Assembly (NCBI RefSeq): GCF_001194135.2
Contig: NC_068983.1
Location: 90,290,160-90,341,695 of the forward strand
Length of the DNA stretch: 51,536 nucleotides
Direction of reading: 5' to 3'
Source: Octopus bimaculoides
Lineage: Eukaryota
A program made the position numbers and the translations under genes. Positions 1-12,834 of the stretch are shown piece by piece; the first letter of the stretch is position 1, and each line of letters starts with the position of its first letter. The notes below the pieces were generated by a model that saw only the letters and a list, made by a program, of their open reading frames with translations, made no database searches and was not told where the DNA came from.

Positions 1-217
1 GTTGCCAGTATCGCCTGACTGGCCTTCGTGCAGGTGACACGTAAAAGCACCTACTACACTCTCTGAGTGGTTGGCGTTAGGAAGGGCATCCAGCTGTAGA
101 AACTCTGCCAAATTTAGATTGGAGCCTGGTGTTGCCATCCGGTTTCACCAGTCCTCAGTCAAGTCGTCCAACCCATGCTAGCATGGAAAGCGGACGTTAA
201 ACGATGATGATGATGAT
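1..217 (+). mobile_element. RTE LINE 3' UTR tail (or RTE-mobilised short element) ending in (GAT)n
   Basis: Same sequence as the 3' end of RT-bearing RTE copies at 3764-6412 and 15963-16855 (...ccatgctagcatggaaagcggacgttaaac(gat)n). Confidence 0.85.
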
Positions 218-224
218 ATATACA

Positions 225-372
225 ACGAGCTTCTTTCAGTTGCTGTCTACCAAATCCACTCACAAGGAGGCTATAGTAGAAGACACTTGCCCAAGGTGCC
301 ACGCACTGGGACTGAACCTGGAACCATGTGGTTCGTAAGCAAGCTACTTACCACACACCCACTCCTACGCCT
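225..372 (-). mobile_element. tRNA-derived SINE family A, 5' part
   Basis: Reverse complement reads aggcgtaggagtgggtgtgtggtaagtagcttgc...ggttcagtccc...ttgggcaagtgtcttctactatagc, with A/B-box-like head; same family as 28320 and 44895. Confidence 0.8.
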
Positions 373-601
373 TTATAATTTTCACATTATTTTATTTTAT
401 ATCTTTTTATTTGTTTTTTTTCATAATTTTTATTTTTTATTCCTTTATCTGTTTATACTTTATATTTTTCCTAACATTTTTATCTTCCTACACCTTCCTT
501 TTGTACATGAGAATATACAAGCACCCATGCACTTACACACCTACTAGATTCTACAGGTGCATAAAAAAATATGTGCATGGGCACCAATATGCGCTTATCT
601 A

Positions 602-890
602 TCTATATATATAAAACACATGGTGTGTGTCTCTCCTGTTTGTCATGTCATTAAAACTCAAGATCCACCCAACCGATTTTAATGAAATTTTACACATGCA
701 TTACATAGGGTACATGGAGTGTCATGAGCCAAACCATTTTTCAACTTCTTGCCTAATGCAGGCACAGGAGCAGATAAACTGCATTTTTAAAGCATTTTCA
801 CAGTTGCTTTCCTCCAAATTTGCAACAAACATTAATCAGGCTCCTCAAATTGCTGTTGACTAAAAAAAATTTCCGACGCTGACTATGGGC
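602..890 (+). mobile_element. Possible non-autonomous Helitron-like fragment
   Basis: Starts a|TCtatatatataaaa, then (TG)n-like and aaccgattttaatgaaattttacac, typical of short Helitron derivatives. No clear 3' CTAG seen. Confidence 0.3.
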
Positions 891-1024
891 CCCTCAAAAA
901 TGCAGATTAATAAGATTTGAGTATACTGCACTGGGTTTTATCTTTATTTTAGGCCATTTTGCAACAATAAAACATTGATGTACAGGCATCATTTTTTGTT
1001 GCCAGTAACAATTCAGTAAAGAAA

Positions 1025-1534
1025 TCATTGTTTGTGTCCATGAGTTGAATGGTGACAAGCAAGCAAACCAGCAGAAATTGTGGCTCGTTGATTTTTGTTG
1101 TCATTTAAAACATGCGGAACCCATGCTCCATACTTCTGAACCTTTCCCATCGAGTGAAGATGCTTCTCTATAGTGGTGTGGGAGCANNNNNNNNNNCCAT
1201 TTTTGAACTTGGCATACCAATCACAAGCAGTTCTTTCAGCTATGGCACCCTCTCCATACACAGTACAAATGTTGCAAGCAGCTTTTGCTGCCTTAGAACC
1301 TTGATTAAATGCAAAAAGAAGGAGGTATCGAAAATGCTCATTTTTCTTAACTTGACATTCCATTTTAATGATCTGAAAATAAACAAAAATTAACTAAAAT
1401 TAACTAGAAAAAAAACACAATAGATTCCAAAATGGTTCGAAAATAAAATTCTCAAAAAAAATAGATTCCAAAATTTAAAAATGCAATAAATTCCAAAATT
1501 TAGAAAAACGGTGGGAACTTAGTTGCCAACCTAA
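1025..1534 (-). mobile_element. Mariner transposon, internally deleted; one TIR plus TA
   Basis: ORF MECQVKKNEHFRYLLLFAFNQGSKAAKAACNICTVYGEGAIAERTACDWYAKFKN...KYGAWVPHVL (mariner HTH and WVPHEL-like motif). TIR aaacggtgggaacttagttgccaacctaa ends at 1534, followed by TA. Confidence 0.85.
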
Positions 1535-1599
1535 TAATTTTATTTTCATTCCTGTTGGACACCTCTTATTTGTCCATGACAGCTTTTTACAATTTGGCA

Positions 1600-1740
1600 A
1601 CAATCTTTTTCATTACCTCCATCCCCAAGACGAAGCAATCGTTTAGCTGAGCTTAAAGAACACGTTCATTTAGCAGTGTAGGAGGTAACTCTTGAAATGC
1701 TTCAAGATTTGAAGTATGCAAGGATACAGACATGTTGAAA
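1600..1740 (+). mobile_element. Possible Tc1/mariner transposase C-terminal remnant
   Basis: Reads LAELKEHVHLAV*EVTLEMLQD, similar to LEELKQRITTALETVTQDMLQ in the element at 47390. Confidence 0.3.
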
Positions 1741-1795
1741 ATTTTCAAAGCATATTGTATCAAGGAGTATATTATCCAAAATGTATCTCTCCTTT

Positions 1796-1920
1796 ATAGG
1801 CGTAGTTGTGTGGTTGAGAAGCTTGCTTTCCAACCATGTTACCTCGGGTTCAATCCCGCTGTGCAGCACATTGGGCAATTCTCTTTCATTACAGATCCAT
1901 GCCAACCAAAGCCTTGTGTA
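1796..1920 (+). mobile_element. SINE family A head, degenerate
   Basis: gtgtggttgagaagcttgctttccaaccatg...ggttcaatccc...ttgggcaa...ccaaagccttgtg. Confidence 0.6.
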
Positions 1921-3304
1921 TTATATAATTGCCATTACCGTATTGATATATAAAATAACATGTACAGCTCACTTATTATTGTCATATAATAAACAAACAT
2001 AAGTTTACGTATGAAATTAATCTTTTTTCTACTTCAATTATTACATGTTTTTTTCTTATAAAATGCATACATATAGGAGGAGTAAATCTCTATATATAAT
2101 AACACTTTGAGTATGCCTCCTGAGAAAGAGTAAAAGTAATTATCCATTTAACCAACCGGTATTGCTGCTTGTATAAACTATCTCCCATCTACCTCTCTTC
2201 CCCACTCTCCTAACAAATTCTAAATTGATACCACTCCTACATCTTTCCCTTTGACTCTGTTTAAGTGTATTTACTTATTTATTCTACAGTAGACCCATAA
2301 ATGACCCCATCCTAAATTCACAAAGACACCTTGCTTCAATAATACCAAACCTTTCCCCCCACTTGTCCCCCTCTCCATTTCTTTTTTGCATTCTTATTCT
2401 TCTCCTTAACCAGTTAAGACATCTACCCACTCCCATATATTACTTCTTCACTAATATGCTTTCTCTTTTCTTCTCAATTTCTGTGCTTTCCATGCATTTT
2501 TGATTAAATCTGCTGGAAGTCAACATGGGATCACTTGACAACAATGTAAACTTCATTTGATTAAAGTATTTTTGGCTCAATGAGTAGCTAGTGGATTACC
2601 CCTTGTTTGGGCAATTACTACTTCCGAGGTTCTGCTAGCTATGACAGCCTGGAATTTATCTACTCCATTCCCCAATTTGGGATTTTTATTCACATACACA
2701 ACGATCTCAGCTGCTAACCATAAGCTATAAAACAATTTTCTCAGCTGATCAAACTTTGATATGGGAAAAATTTACAACTTTCTGCATTAATAAAACACTA
2801 TTTGTTCTAAAAGTTGTTTTTCATACCTTCTACAGACTGCTCGAAGCTTACTAACTTCCTACACCTTGATCCTTGGATATTACCTTTACATATATATATA
2901 TATATATAAATAACAAAACAGGAAATTGAAAATTTTTTGGTATTATTTATTCAGCAATACACCTGTTTGAAACACTGCATCCAAATGTAAAATTTGTATT
3001 ATTTAATTTTCCTGTCTGAAAGAATTTCTAATAGAAAATTCCTTCTATGTCTATCTAACAAATAAAACTTTGTAATTCCTATTAGCAAATGTAACACATG
3101 TAATGGTGAATGGATGATACAAAAAAAATTTCAATTTCTTGTTTGTTATACAATAACTCTGCAAATAATATTTCCATAGTTTTAGTATGTATTTTGACTA
3201 TCATACAGCAGCTACTGAGGCTACATATTAGATTATAATAATGAAATAAGCAGATGTGCTTCAAGAGGAAACAACTGGAATTTACTCTAATTATCTACAT
3301 ATTG

Positions 3305-3763
3305 AAACAACAGTAACATCGTCCCTTTCAGGACAGCCACATTATATTGGCAAATAGTCTTTACTTTAAAGAACTGTTACTGAATGTCTCTCTTTGAGAG
3401 ATTTAATAATAATAATATTTCTATTTTTAGATCAGTGACTATGCATCACTTTGAAAACTATATGTTCGAATGGTGAATTCAGCAATGGCCAAGCAGTTGC
3501 TCTGTGTTGATAAAGGGCAATAACTCAGTAACTAGTGCACAGATATTGTTTTGCGCCAGGTTGGAGTGCTGAGCTCCCTGTTTGAAAATATAAGGACACA
3601 GATAGTGTGTCGTATAGCCAGCTAGAAATGATGTTTCTTGAGGCTAAAACAACAGTAACATCATCCCTTTCAGCACAGCCACATTATGTTGGCAAATATC
3701 CTTTACTTTAAAGAACTCTTACTGAATGTCTCTCTTTGAGAGGTTTAGAAATAATAATAATAA
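3305..3763. repeat. ~110-bp direct repeat pair (3305-3416 and 3647-3763), each ending in (AAT)n
   Basis: aaacaacagtaacatc.tccctttcag.acagccacattat.ttggcaaat...gaatgtctctctttgagag occurs twice with few substitutions. Confidence 0.85.
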
Positions 3764-6412
3764 TCATCATCATCATCATCATTTAACATCCGCTTTCCAT
3801 GCTAGCATGGGTTAGACGATTTGACTGGGGACTGGTGAAGCGGATGGTTACAGCAGACTCCAATCTGATTTGGCAGAGTTTTTCTACAGCTGGATGCCCT
3901 TCCTAACGCCAACCAGTCCAAGAATGTAGTGGGTGCTTTTTACATGCCACCGGCACGAGGGCTAGTCTGGCGGTACTGGTAACGGCCATGCTCAAATGGT
4001 GTTTTTATGTGCCACTTACACAGGAGTCAGTCCAGTGTTTTGTTCACATGCCACCGGCATAAGTGCCACTAAGGCAAAGTTGGAAACGATCGTGCTCAAA
4101 TGGTGCTTCTTACACGGGAGCAAGACTGTTGCTCTGGCAGTGATCCCACTCAGATGGTGCTCTTAGCGCTCCACTGGCACGGGTGCCAGTCATCAAATTT
4201 GGTTCAGTTTCGATCTCACTTGCTCCAACAGGTCTTCACAAGCTGAGTTTAGTGTCCAATGAGGGAAGGTTGGGATGGGTGCCAGTCATCAAATTTCGTT
4301 CAATTTCGATTTCGACTTCATTTGCCTCAACAGGTCTTCGCAAGCAGGGTTTTGTGTCCACAGAAGGAAAGGTAAGCATAAGTGGGCTGGCCACACCCCT
4401 GGTAAAGGCCACGGGTTATGGTCTTACTTGTCTTGCCAGGTTTTCTCACGCACAGCATATTTCCAAAGGTCTCGGTCACTAGTCATTGCCTCGGTGAAGC
4501 CTAATCTTCGAAGGTCGTGCTTCACCACCTCAACCCAGGTCTTCCTGGGTCTACCTCTTCCACAGGTTCCCTCAACTGCTAGGGTGTGGCACTTTTTCAT
4601 GCAACTATCCTCATCCATTCTTGCCAAGTGACCAATGCCAGCACAATCGTCTCTCTTGCACACCACAACTGATGCTTCTTAGGTCTAATTTTTCTCTCAA
4701 GCAACTTACACTCTGTCGAGTATGCACACTGACATTACACATCCATCGGAGCATACTGGCTTCATTCCTTGCGAGCTTATGCATGTCCTCAGCAGTCACA
4801 GCCCATGTTTCACTGCCATGTAGCATGGCTGTTCGTACACATGCGTCATACAGTCTGCCTTTTACTCTGAGCAAGAGGCCCTTTGTCACCAGCAGAGGTA
4901 AGAGCTCTCTGAACTTTGCCCAGGCTATTCTTATTCTAGCAGCTACACTTTCAGTGCACTCTCCCCTGCTACTGACTTGGTCACGTAGGTAACAGAAGCT
5001 ATCAACTACTTCTAGTTTTTCTCCCTGGAATGTGGCAGAAGTTGTTTTCTGCACATTTTCAGTGTTTATTGCTCCTGAGCATTTGCCACATACAAAATCT
5101 ATCTTGCTAGTTAGCCTTCCTTTGATATTGCTGCACCTCTTATGTGTCCATAGGTTACACTGGGTACATCTTATAGAGTTTCTACCTACGCCTTTTCTAC
5201 AGATTGAGCAGGGCCATCTGCCTGAAGGTGTTTGTGTTTTGTCTACCTTTCTACTTATTAGGACTTTGGTTTTAGCTAGGTTGACTCTAAGGCCCTTCGA
5301 TTCTAGTCCCTGCTTCCACACCTGAAATTTCTACTCTAGTTCTGAGAGTGACTCAACAATTAGTGCAAGGTCGTCAGCATAGAGGAGCTCCCAGGGGCAT
5401 CCTGTCTTGAATTCCTCAGTTGTTGCCTGGAGGACTATGATAAATAGGAGGGGCCTGAGGACAGAACCTTGGTGGACCCCTACTTCTACCCGGAATTCTT
5501 CACTGTACTCATTGCCAACCCTCACCTTACTGACAGCGTCTCTGTACATGGCTCGCACAGCTCTCACTAAACATTCTTCTATCCCTAGTATCCTCATTGA
5601 CCACCAGATGAGGGATCGGGGGACCCTGTCAAAAGCTTTCTCCATGTCAACGAAAGCCAGGTACAGAGGTATATCTTTGGCTAGGTATTTCTCCTGCAGC
5701 TGTCTTACCAGAAATATAACATCAGTGGTGCTTTTCCCTGGCACAAACCCAAACTGCATCTCATCTAAGCTGACTCTCTACCTAATTAGTTGGGTTATGA
5801 CCCTCTCCATGACCTTCATTACCTGGTCCAACCACTTGATACCTTTGTAGCAGTTGACTATGGTGCTGCTACACCAGTCATTGGGTATGACTCCTTTGTG
5901 TATCACCTGGTTAACTATACAGGTGACTAAGCTATAGCCGACACTGCCAGAGATTTTGAGCATCTCTGCAGTGATTCCTGATGGGCCGGGGGTTTTCCCT
6001 GTCTTCATACTCTCAATTGCTTTATCTACCATGGTACTGTCAATTAGGATAGCTGGTCCATCTGTTGGGCCGACATTCGGCAGACTCTCTTTCTCCCAAT
6101 CATTCTCTTTATTTAGCAACCTTTCATAGTGGCGTCTCCAAACCTCTCTCTTTGCAGCCTTGTTTAGTGCAAGCGTACCATCATCCATGCGGACACATTT
6201 CTCTCCTACAACATCACAATTCTCTCTCACACACTGTCTTGCAACACGAAATGCCTCAAGTCTTTGGTCCTCACGGCGCAGAACATTGGCAAATTTTTTC
6301 TTATGTGCTTCCCCTCTGGCTAAATAAACCTGTCTCCTAGCCACCCTTCTGGCAGTCTGATACAATTCCCTGCTACCTCCATTCTTCCAGTCATTCCAAG
6401 CCTGTCTTTTTG
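3764..6412 (-). mobile_element. RTE-clade LINE, 5'-truncated, RT disrupted
   Basis: ORF pieces QFGFVPGKSTTD, AFVDMEKAFDRVP, GVHQGSVLRPLLF, LLYADDL, RVKGRLYDACVRTAMLHGSETW, GRGRPRKTW. 3' UTR ends in (GAT)n (seen as (cat)n at ~3764-3782). Confidence 0.95.
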
Positions 6413-6445
6413 TCTAATAGCCCTAACATTTCTATTTTTATATAA

Positions 6446-7022
6446 TTATAATTGTCATTAAGAATGACAGTGGATGTTAGAAACATCTACAATGCTAGAA
6501 ATAAGAGCTAAAGTGCTTTGATACTGCAATCAATGCACATAATCGTATACATACATACTGATAGCAACTGTAAATGGCCGAAATTGGCAGTTGTAATATC
6601 CCTATACCATCGACAGTTTTGACTTTAAGACCGAAGCCTCATCAGTAGGATCGGTACAACTCACCAGATTCTGGATAAGATCGCCACCAATACATATGTA
6701 TACTCCATAAAAATCTATGAATGATTTAGCCAATCACTAATGTGTACACTAATAATTAAATTAAGCAGCAGTTTAGCAATGGAACACCAAAAAAGAAAAT
6801 TATAATTGTCATTCAAAATGAAAGAGGGTGTTAGAGACATCGACAATGCTAGAAATAAGAGCTAAAATGCTTTGATGCTGCAGTCAATGCACATAATTGT
6901 AGGCATACATACTGACAGCAACCGTAAACAGCTGAAATTAGCAGTTGTAATATCCCTATACCTTATACAATTATAATTTTCCTTTTTGGTGTTACATTGC
7001 TAAACTTTTGTCTAATTTAATT
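6446..7022 (-). repeat. PLE-like pseudo-LTR arrangement: two ~160-bp direct copies plus a ~55-bp inverted pair
   Basis: 6446-6608 matches 6800-6962 (ttataattgtcatt...gttgtaatatccctatacc). 6756-6806 is the reverse complement of ~6966-7022. Contains a hammerhead motif. Confidence 0.6.
6598..6651 (-). ncRNA. Type I hammerhead ribozyme motif (PLE-type, palindromic stem III), G12A core mutant
   Basis: Minus strand: AUCCUA CUGAUGA GGCUU-cggucuua-AAGUC AAAA CUGUCGAUGG UA|UAGGGAU. Has the CUGAUGA core, stem II GGCUU/AAGUC, AAAA in place of GAAA, self-complementary stem III, GUA cleavage triplet and stem I UCCUA/UAGGG. Confidence 0.65.
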
Positions 7023-7023
7023 A

Positions 7024-7190
7024 TATCATCATCATTATCATCATCGTTTAACGTCTGCCTTCCATGCTAGCATGGGTTGGACGATTTGACTGAGGACTGG
7101 TGAAACCGGATGGCAACACCAGGCTCCAATCTGATTTGGCAGAGTTTCTACAGCTGGATGCCCTTCCTAACGCCAACCACTCAGAGAGTG
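7024..7190 (-). mobile_element. RTE 3' tail copy
   Basis: (cat)n-like run followed by gtttaacgtctgccttccatgctagcatggg...cttcctaacgccaaccactc. Confidence 0.85.
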
Positions 7191-8014
7191 TATATATATA
7201 TATATAAATATGCAGATGCACATGTAGATTTTCTGTATCCACAGAATTGACTGAACTTTTCTTAAAAACACGAAATAGACATGACATTTTTCTTGTAGCA
7301 ATTGCATTTCTCTAACAGCATTCTTGTAGACTATATTGTGTATTTCTTTATGATTATGTTAAAATGTATTATTTACATTTAGTTTTGGATTTTGGTCAGT
7401 TTTGTTTGCACTATGCACTTAAAAACAATGGGAGAAGCCTCTTCCATTAAAAAAATTAATTAAGTGTAATTTAAGGTGTATTTAGCTGTTGTTTCTAGCA
7501 TGTCCCACAACCACCTGATACCGTTCTCAGAATTGCATGTAGGCCTAGATTGAAAAACAAACAAAACATGAAGACTAATTTCTTGCTTTAAGTATTAAAA
7601 ACATAAATTAAAGGCATTAAAAACATCTGTAACTTAGAGCAAACTTGTTAGTAGGAGACAGGGAAAAAAACCCCCAAAACGAATATGTAAACACTAAAAC
7701 AAATTATCCTGACTGTAATCAAAATTGAAAAAAAACATCTGACTTTAATAGTTTACAAAATTATATTCATTGCACAATATAATTTTTATTAGTGGAATTT
7801 GACCAATATTTCTCAAAGAGAAACAAAATTTATATGTACAAGAATATCCTCTAGGTTTGCCTTGTGGCTCTCCACATATTAAAACAGTGAAACAGAATAA
7901 ACAACATTCTCAATACAACAATTTCATGTTAAATTTGGACTCTAGAAGACTTATTAAACTTAATTTAGTGCATGTTCTTTTTTTTCTTTCTTTTTTTTGG
8001 TGGGGTGGAGAAAC

Positions 8015-8250
8015 ATATCGTTACTCTGTTACTTGTTTCAGTCATTTGACTGCAGCCTTGCTGGGGCACTGCCTTAAAGGATTTTTAATCACAAAATGCG
8101 TCCCCAGGACTTATTCTTTGTAAGCCTAGTACTTATACTATTGGTCCCTTTTGTTGAACCACTAAGTTACATAGATGTAAACACACCAACATCGGTTGTC
8201 AAGTGATGGTTGGGGTACAGACACAACACAAAGATACACACACATACACA
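8015..8250 (-). mobile_element. SINE family A, 3' part
   Basis: gtttcagtcatttgactgc...ccccaggacttattctttgtaagcctagtactta...catcggttgtcaag; reverse complement of the 3' half of the 28320 copy. Confidence 0.8.
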
Positions 8251-8899
8251 CACACACACACATATATACTCTCCCAGCGATAAAGTCTTTCAAGTTTCTC
8301 TTCCTGTTTTATAACTTCTGTCTTTCTCATACATGCCATGTTTCCCCCAGCAATAATGTCTTTCTCATACATGCCATGTTTCCCCCAGCAATAAAGTCTT
8401 TCAAGTCTCTCTTCCTTTCTCTTTCTCTCTCTCTCTGCCTCACTAGTGTCTTCTTACTGCTATTTCATGAGGTGAAGTTGGCCATTGCTTATCTATGATG
8501 CGCTCACCCAGTCCTGCCCCCATAACCTATACCAGAAATCTCTTCTCTTATATTGGAAACCTCTACAAGGCCCTGCCTCGTTTCTGTACCAGAAGATTTG
8601 CATAACTCTCTCACTACCACCACCACCAGCAATCATCCACACTACTGCATGCACCAAATGGAGATGTGTTACTTAGTAAATTAACAAGCCACCTTCCTCT
8701 TTTTCTCTCTATATAATGAACTAACCAACAACACCTCATCTACTTCATTTAAACATTGACCTGTGTATATTTGCTTATATTTACAATGCTCAGAACACTT
8801 ATATTTACAATGCTTATATTACACTCACACCCAATAAGTGCAACAATTTTGACATGTTTGGTAGTTTAAAGTGAGAACAACTGCTGTGACATGTCTGTT

Positions 8900-11800
8900 A
8901 TCAAATGATCATTGAAACCTTTTCAGGTGCTAAATACCTATGTTCCCTCCCATATCCCTTTCCCAGTTTTCAGAGCAGGCACATTGAAAGGTAGGCCTAG
9001 CGAGATTGTTAAGATGCTTGAATGGAGGCATGTTGATGTATATTCAATAGGTAAGGTGGAGAGGAGCTTCAGCCAGGTACCTCACAGGCAAAACACATAG
9101 ATATAAAATCTTCTGGGAAGGTAACAGTGACAGGGTAGATGATGTGGACATACTTCTTGCAGAGAAATGAGTGGATAAGGTCATAGAGGTTGTCAGAGTA
9201 TGCGATAGAGTACTTAATGTCAGGCTAGTCTTGCAGAATAGTATAGTGACAATTATCTCTGTCTATGCCTCGCTAAGAGGACCACTTTTATGATATTCTT
9301 CTGCAGGTTGCATCAAAGATGAATGACAATGATTTCATCTTTATCGCTGGGGATTTCAATGGGTATGTCGGATGGCAGCCCAGTATCTTCCATGGTGTAC
9401 ATGTGGGCCATGGAATTGGTTCCTGAAATGAAGAAGGAACAAGGCTACTGGAGTTTTATGATGCGAATAACCAATTGATCTGCAACACCAACTTCAGGAA
9501 GGCAGCCACCTGATAACCTACCAATCAGGTAACTATGCTAGCCAGATCGACTACATTCTCACCAGACAGCAGGATGCATGGTTGTTCCCTAAATACAAAG
9601 ACCCTCCCTGGTGAAGAATGTACCCCCACCCAGCATAGAGTAGGCATTAGTGAGTTTAAACTCCAGGCCAGAAGGATGCCAAAAAGCAAACCAATTGGGA
9701 AAAGAAAGATTTGGAGGCTTAAGGATTCTTCATATGGTCAGAGAAATATTGAGAAATATGACGAGAGGGAGTAGGAACTACAGACATCTGACATAGAGGG
9801 GAATTGTGAATTCCTGCAGGACAGCTTACTGAGTGCCACAGACCAAATCCATGGCTGGTGCAAGTCCCATCCATACCTACAGTGGCGTGGTGGTGGAATG
9901 ATACTGTAGACAAGGCCAAGCAAATAAAGCGGCCTAGAAGAGTTGGGGTAGCAGGGAACTGTATCAGATAGCCAGATGGGAAGCTAGGAGACAGGTATAT
10001 CTAACCAAGGAAGAAGCAGGAAAGAAGTTTGTCTATATTCAGCAATGTGAGGACCAAAGATTTGAAGTATTTTGGATTGCAAAACAGTGTGTGAGAGAAA
10101 ATTGTGATGTAATAGGAGAGAAATGTATCTGCATGGATGATGGTGCACTTGTTTTTAATGATTCTGCAAAGAAAGAGGCTTAGAAATGCCATTATGAAAG
10201 ACTGCTGAACATGGAGAATGAATGAGAGGAGGAGAGTCTGCCAAATGTTGACCTAATTGAGGGACCAGCTATCCAGATTAACAGTACCTTGGTAGATAAA
10301 GCAATTAAGGATATGAAGACAGGGAAAGTCCCCGGCCCATCTGGAATGACTGTTGAGATGCTTAAAATATCTGGTGATGTGGGTTTTGGTCTAGTCACCG
10401 AATTGGATGGTTCACGAAGGAGTCATACCCAATGACTGGTGTAGCAGCATCATAGTCAACTGCTGCAAAGGTAACTGTGATGCTTTAGATAGAAATAATT
10501 ACAGAGGTATCAAATTGTTGGATCAGGTGATGAAAGTTATGGAGGGGGGGGGGTCATAGCTCAACTAATTAGGGAAAGAGTTAGTGTAAATGAGATGCAG
10601 TTTGGTTTTGAGCCAGGGAGAAGCACCACTGATGCTATATTTCTGGTAAGGCAGCTGTAGGAGAAATACATAGCCAAAGATAAACCTCTGTACTTGGCTT
10701 TTATTGACTTGGAGAAAGCCTTTGACAGGGTCCCCCAATCCCTTATCTGGTGGTCAATGCAGAAACTAGAGATAGATGAGTGGTTGGTGAAAGCTCTACA
10801 AGTCATGTACAGGGATGCTATCAGTAAGGTGAGGATTGGCAATGAGTACAGTGAAGAATTCAGGTTACAAGTAGGGGCTCACCAAGGATCAGTGCTCAGC
10901 CCCCTCTTGTTCATCATAGTCCTCCAGACAATAACAGAGGAATTTAAGACAGGCTGCCTCTGGGAGTTCCTCTATGCTGATGACCTTGTTCTTATAGCTG
11001 AATCACTACCAAAACTAGAGAAGAAGTCTCAGGTACAGAAGCAAGGTCTAGAATTGAAGGGCCTTAGAGTTAACCTAGCAAAGTCTTAGTAAGTAGGAGG
11101 GCATTCAAATTACAAATCCCTTCAAGTAGATGGCCCTGCGTGATCAGTAGAAAAGGTATAGGTATAAACTCCATAAGATGTGCCTGGTGTTAGCTATGGA
11201 CACTTAAGAAGTGCTGGAATGTCAGAGGAAGGTTAACAGGCAAAATAGCTTTTGTGTGTGGAAGATGCACAGGTACAATAAACACTAAAAATGTACAGAA
11301 AATAGACTCCGTCAACTGCCAGTGGGGTAAGCTAGAGATAGTAGACAGCTTCCATTATCTAGGCAATCAAGTTAGTAGCAGAGGTGGATGCTCTGAGAGT
11401 GTAGCTGTGAGATTAAGAATAGGCTGGGCAAAGTTCAGAGAGCGCCTACCTCTGCTGGTAACAAAGGGCCTCTCCCTCAGAGTGAAAGGCAGATTGTATG
11501 ATGCCTGTGTGCAAACAGCTATGCTATGTGGCAGTGAAACATGGGCTGTGACAGTCAAGGACATGTGTAAGCTTGAAAAAAATGAAGCCAGTATGCTTCA
11601 CTGGATGTGCAATGTCAGTGTGCATGTTTGACAGAGTGTAAGCATCTTGATAGAAATGTTGGGCATAAGAGGCATTGGGTGTGGTGTGCAAAAGAGATGA
11701 CTGTGCTGGTATGATCATGTGATGTACATGGATGAGGACAGCTGTGTAAAGCAGTGCTGGTCTCTGTGGAGAGAACCTGTGGTAGGGGTAGGCCCAGGAA

Positions 11801-12353
11801 GACATGGGATGATGGTAATGAAGCATGATCTTCAAACTTTGGGCACCACAGAGGCAATGACTAGTGACCGAGACCTTTGTCGATGTGCAGTGCTTGAGAA
11901 GACCCATCAAGCTAAGTGAAATTGTAGTCATGGCCGATGCTGGTGACACATAACTGACACACATAACTGACACACCTTTCAAGCATTGGATATCATGAAG
12001 GCAAAGTGGCCAATGCCGGTGACATGTGAAAAGAGCCTTTCAAGTGTTGGGCCTCATGGAGGCAATGACAAATGACCAAAACCTTGGCATTATGTCATGC
12101 TTGAAAAGAAGACCCATCGAGCCAAGTAAAATCACAGTCATAGCAGATACTGGTGTCACACAAAAGGCACCCATGCCAGTGGTACGTAAAAACACCCATT
12201 ACACTCTTTTAGTGGTTGGCGTTAGGAAGGGCAACCAACCGTAGAAACCATGCCAAATCAGACTGGAGTCTGGTGCAACCTTCCAGCTTGCCAGCCCTGG
12301 TCAAACCGTCCAACCTATGCCAGCATGAACAAAGGGCATTAAATGATGATGAT
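8900..12353 (+). mobile_element. Near full-length decayed RTE LINE (APE endonuclease + RT + 3' UTR)
   Basis: APE motifs (GTLKGRPSEIVKML, IAGDFNGYVG, IDYILT) and RT motifs (AFIDLEKAFDRVP, HQGSVLSPLLF, LYADDL, RVKGRLYDACVQTAMLCGSETW). Many stops and frameshifts. Ends taaatgatgatgat. Confidence 0.93.
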
Positions 12354-12354
12354 A

Positions 12355-12407
<53 letters not shown>

Positions 12408-12408
<1 letters not shown>

Positions 12409-12600
12409 ACAGGCTTCTTTTAGTTATATATATATACACACACACAAAAGGCCTCTTTTAGTTTCCATTTACCAAATCCACTCACAAGGCTTGGGTCAGC
12501 CCTAAGCTATAATAGAAGTCACTTGCCCAATGTGTCACGCAGTGGAACTGAACCCAGAACCATGTGGTTGGGAAGCAAGCTTCTTACCACACAGCCACAT
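12408..12600 (-). mobile_element. SINE family A, 5' part
   Basis: ttaccaaatccactcacaaggc...cacttgcccaa...gaaccatgtggttgggaagcaagcttcttaccacacagccac. Confidence 0.8.
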
Positions 12601-12834
12601 TTTGTAATTAGTTTGTCCATTCCTTGAAATTTTGGATCAAACTCAATATTTAAAGCCTAGGATATTTACATTCCATTTGATCTCCTGCCATGCATGAATA
12701 CATCAGTTTGGCAAGTATACTACCCTCTTTACTAACATTGTGTCATTGGCAAACAGGCTCTTACATTCTAACACTCTAACTACTGGGGCATGCACCTTCA
12801 CAGTCTAGATCATTATTATTATTATTATTATTAT

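Noticed and set aside
287-863. Hydrophobic or low-complexity ORFs (e.g. 287-547, 411-614)
   Set aside because: AT-rich or SINE-derived sequence with no splice or homology support.
2825-2885. Possible upstream F-box exon (FLHLDPW after ctacAG)
   Set aside because: Does not match the expected LPR..SLYIFSFLDPRSL..AQ pattern and has no suitable donor.
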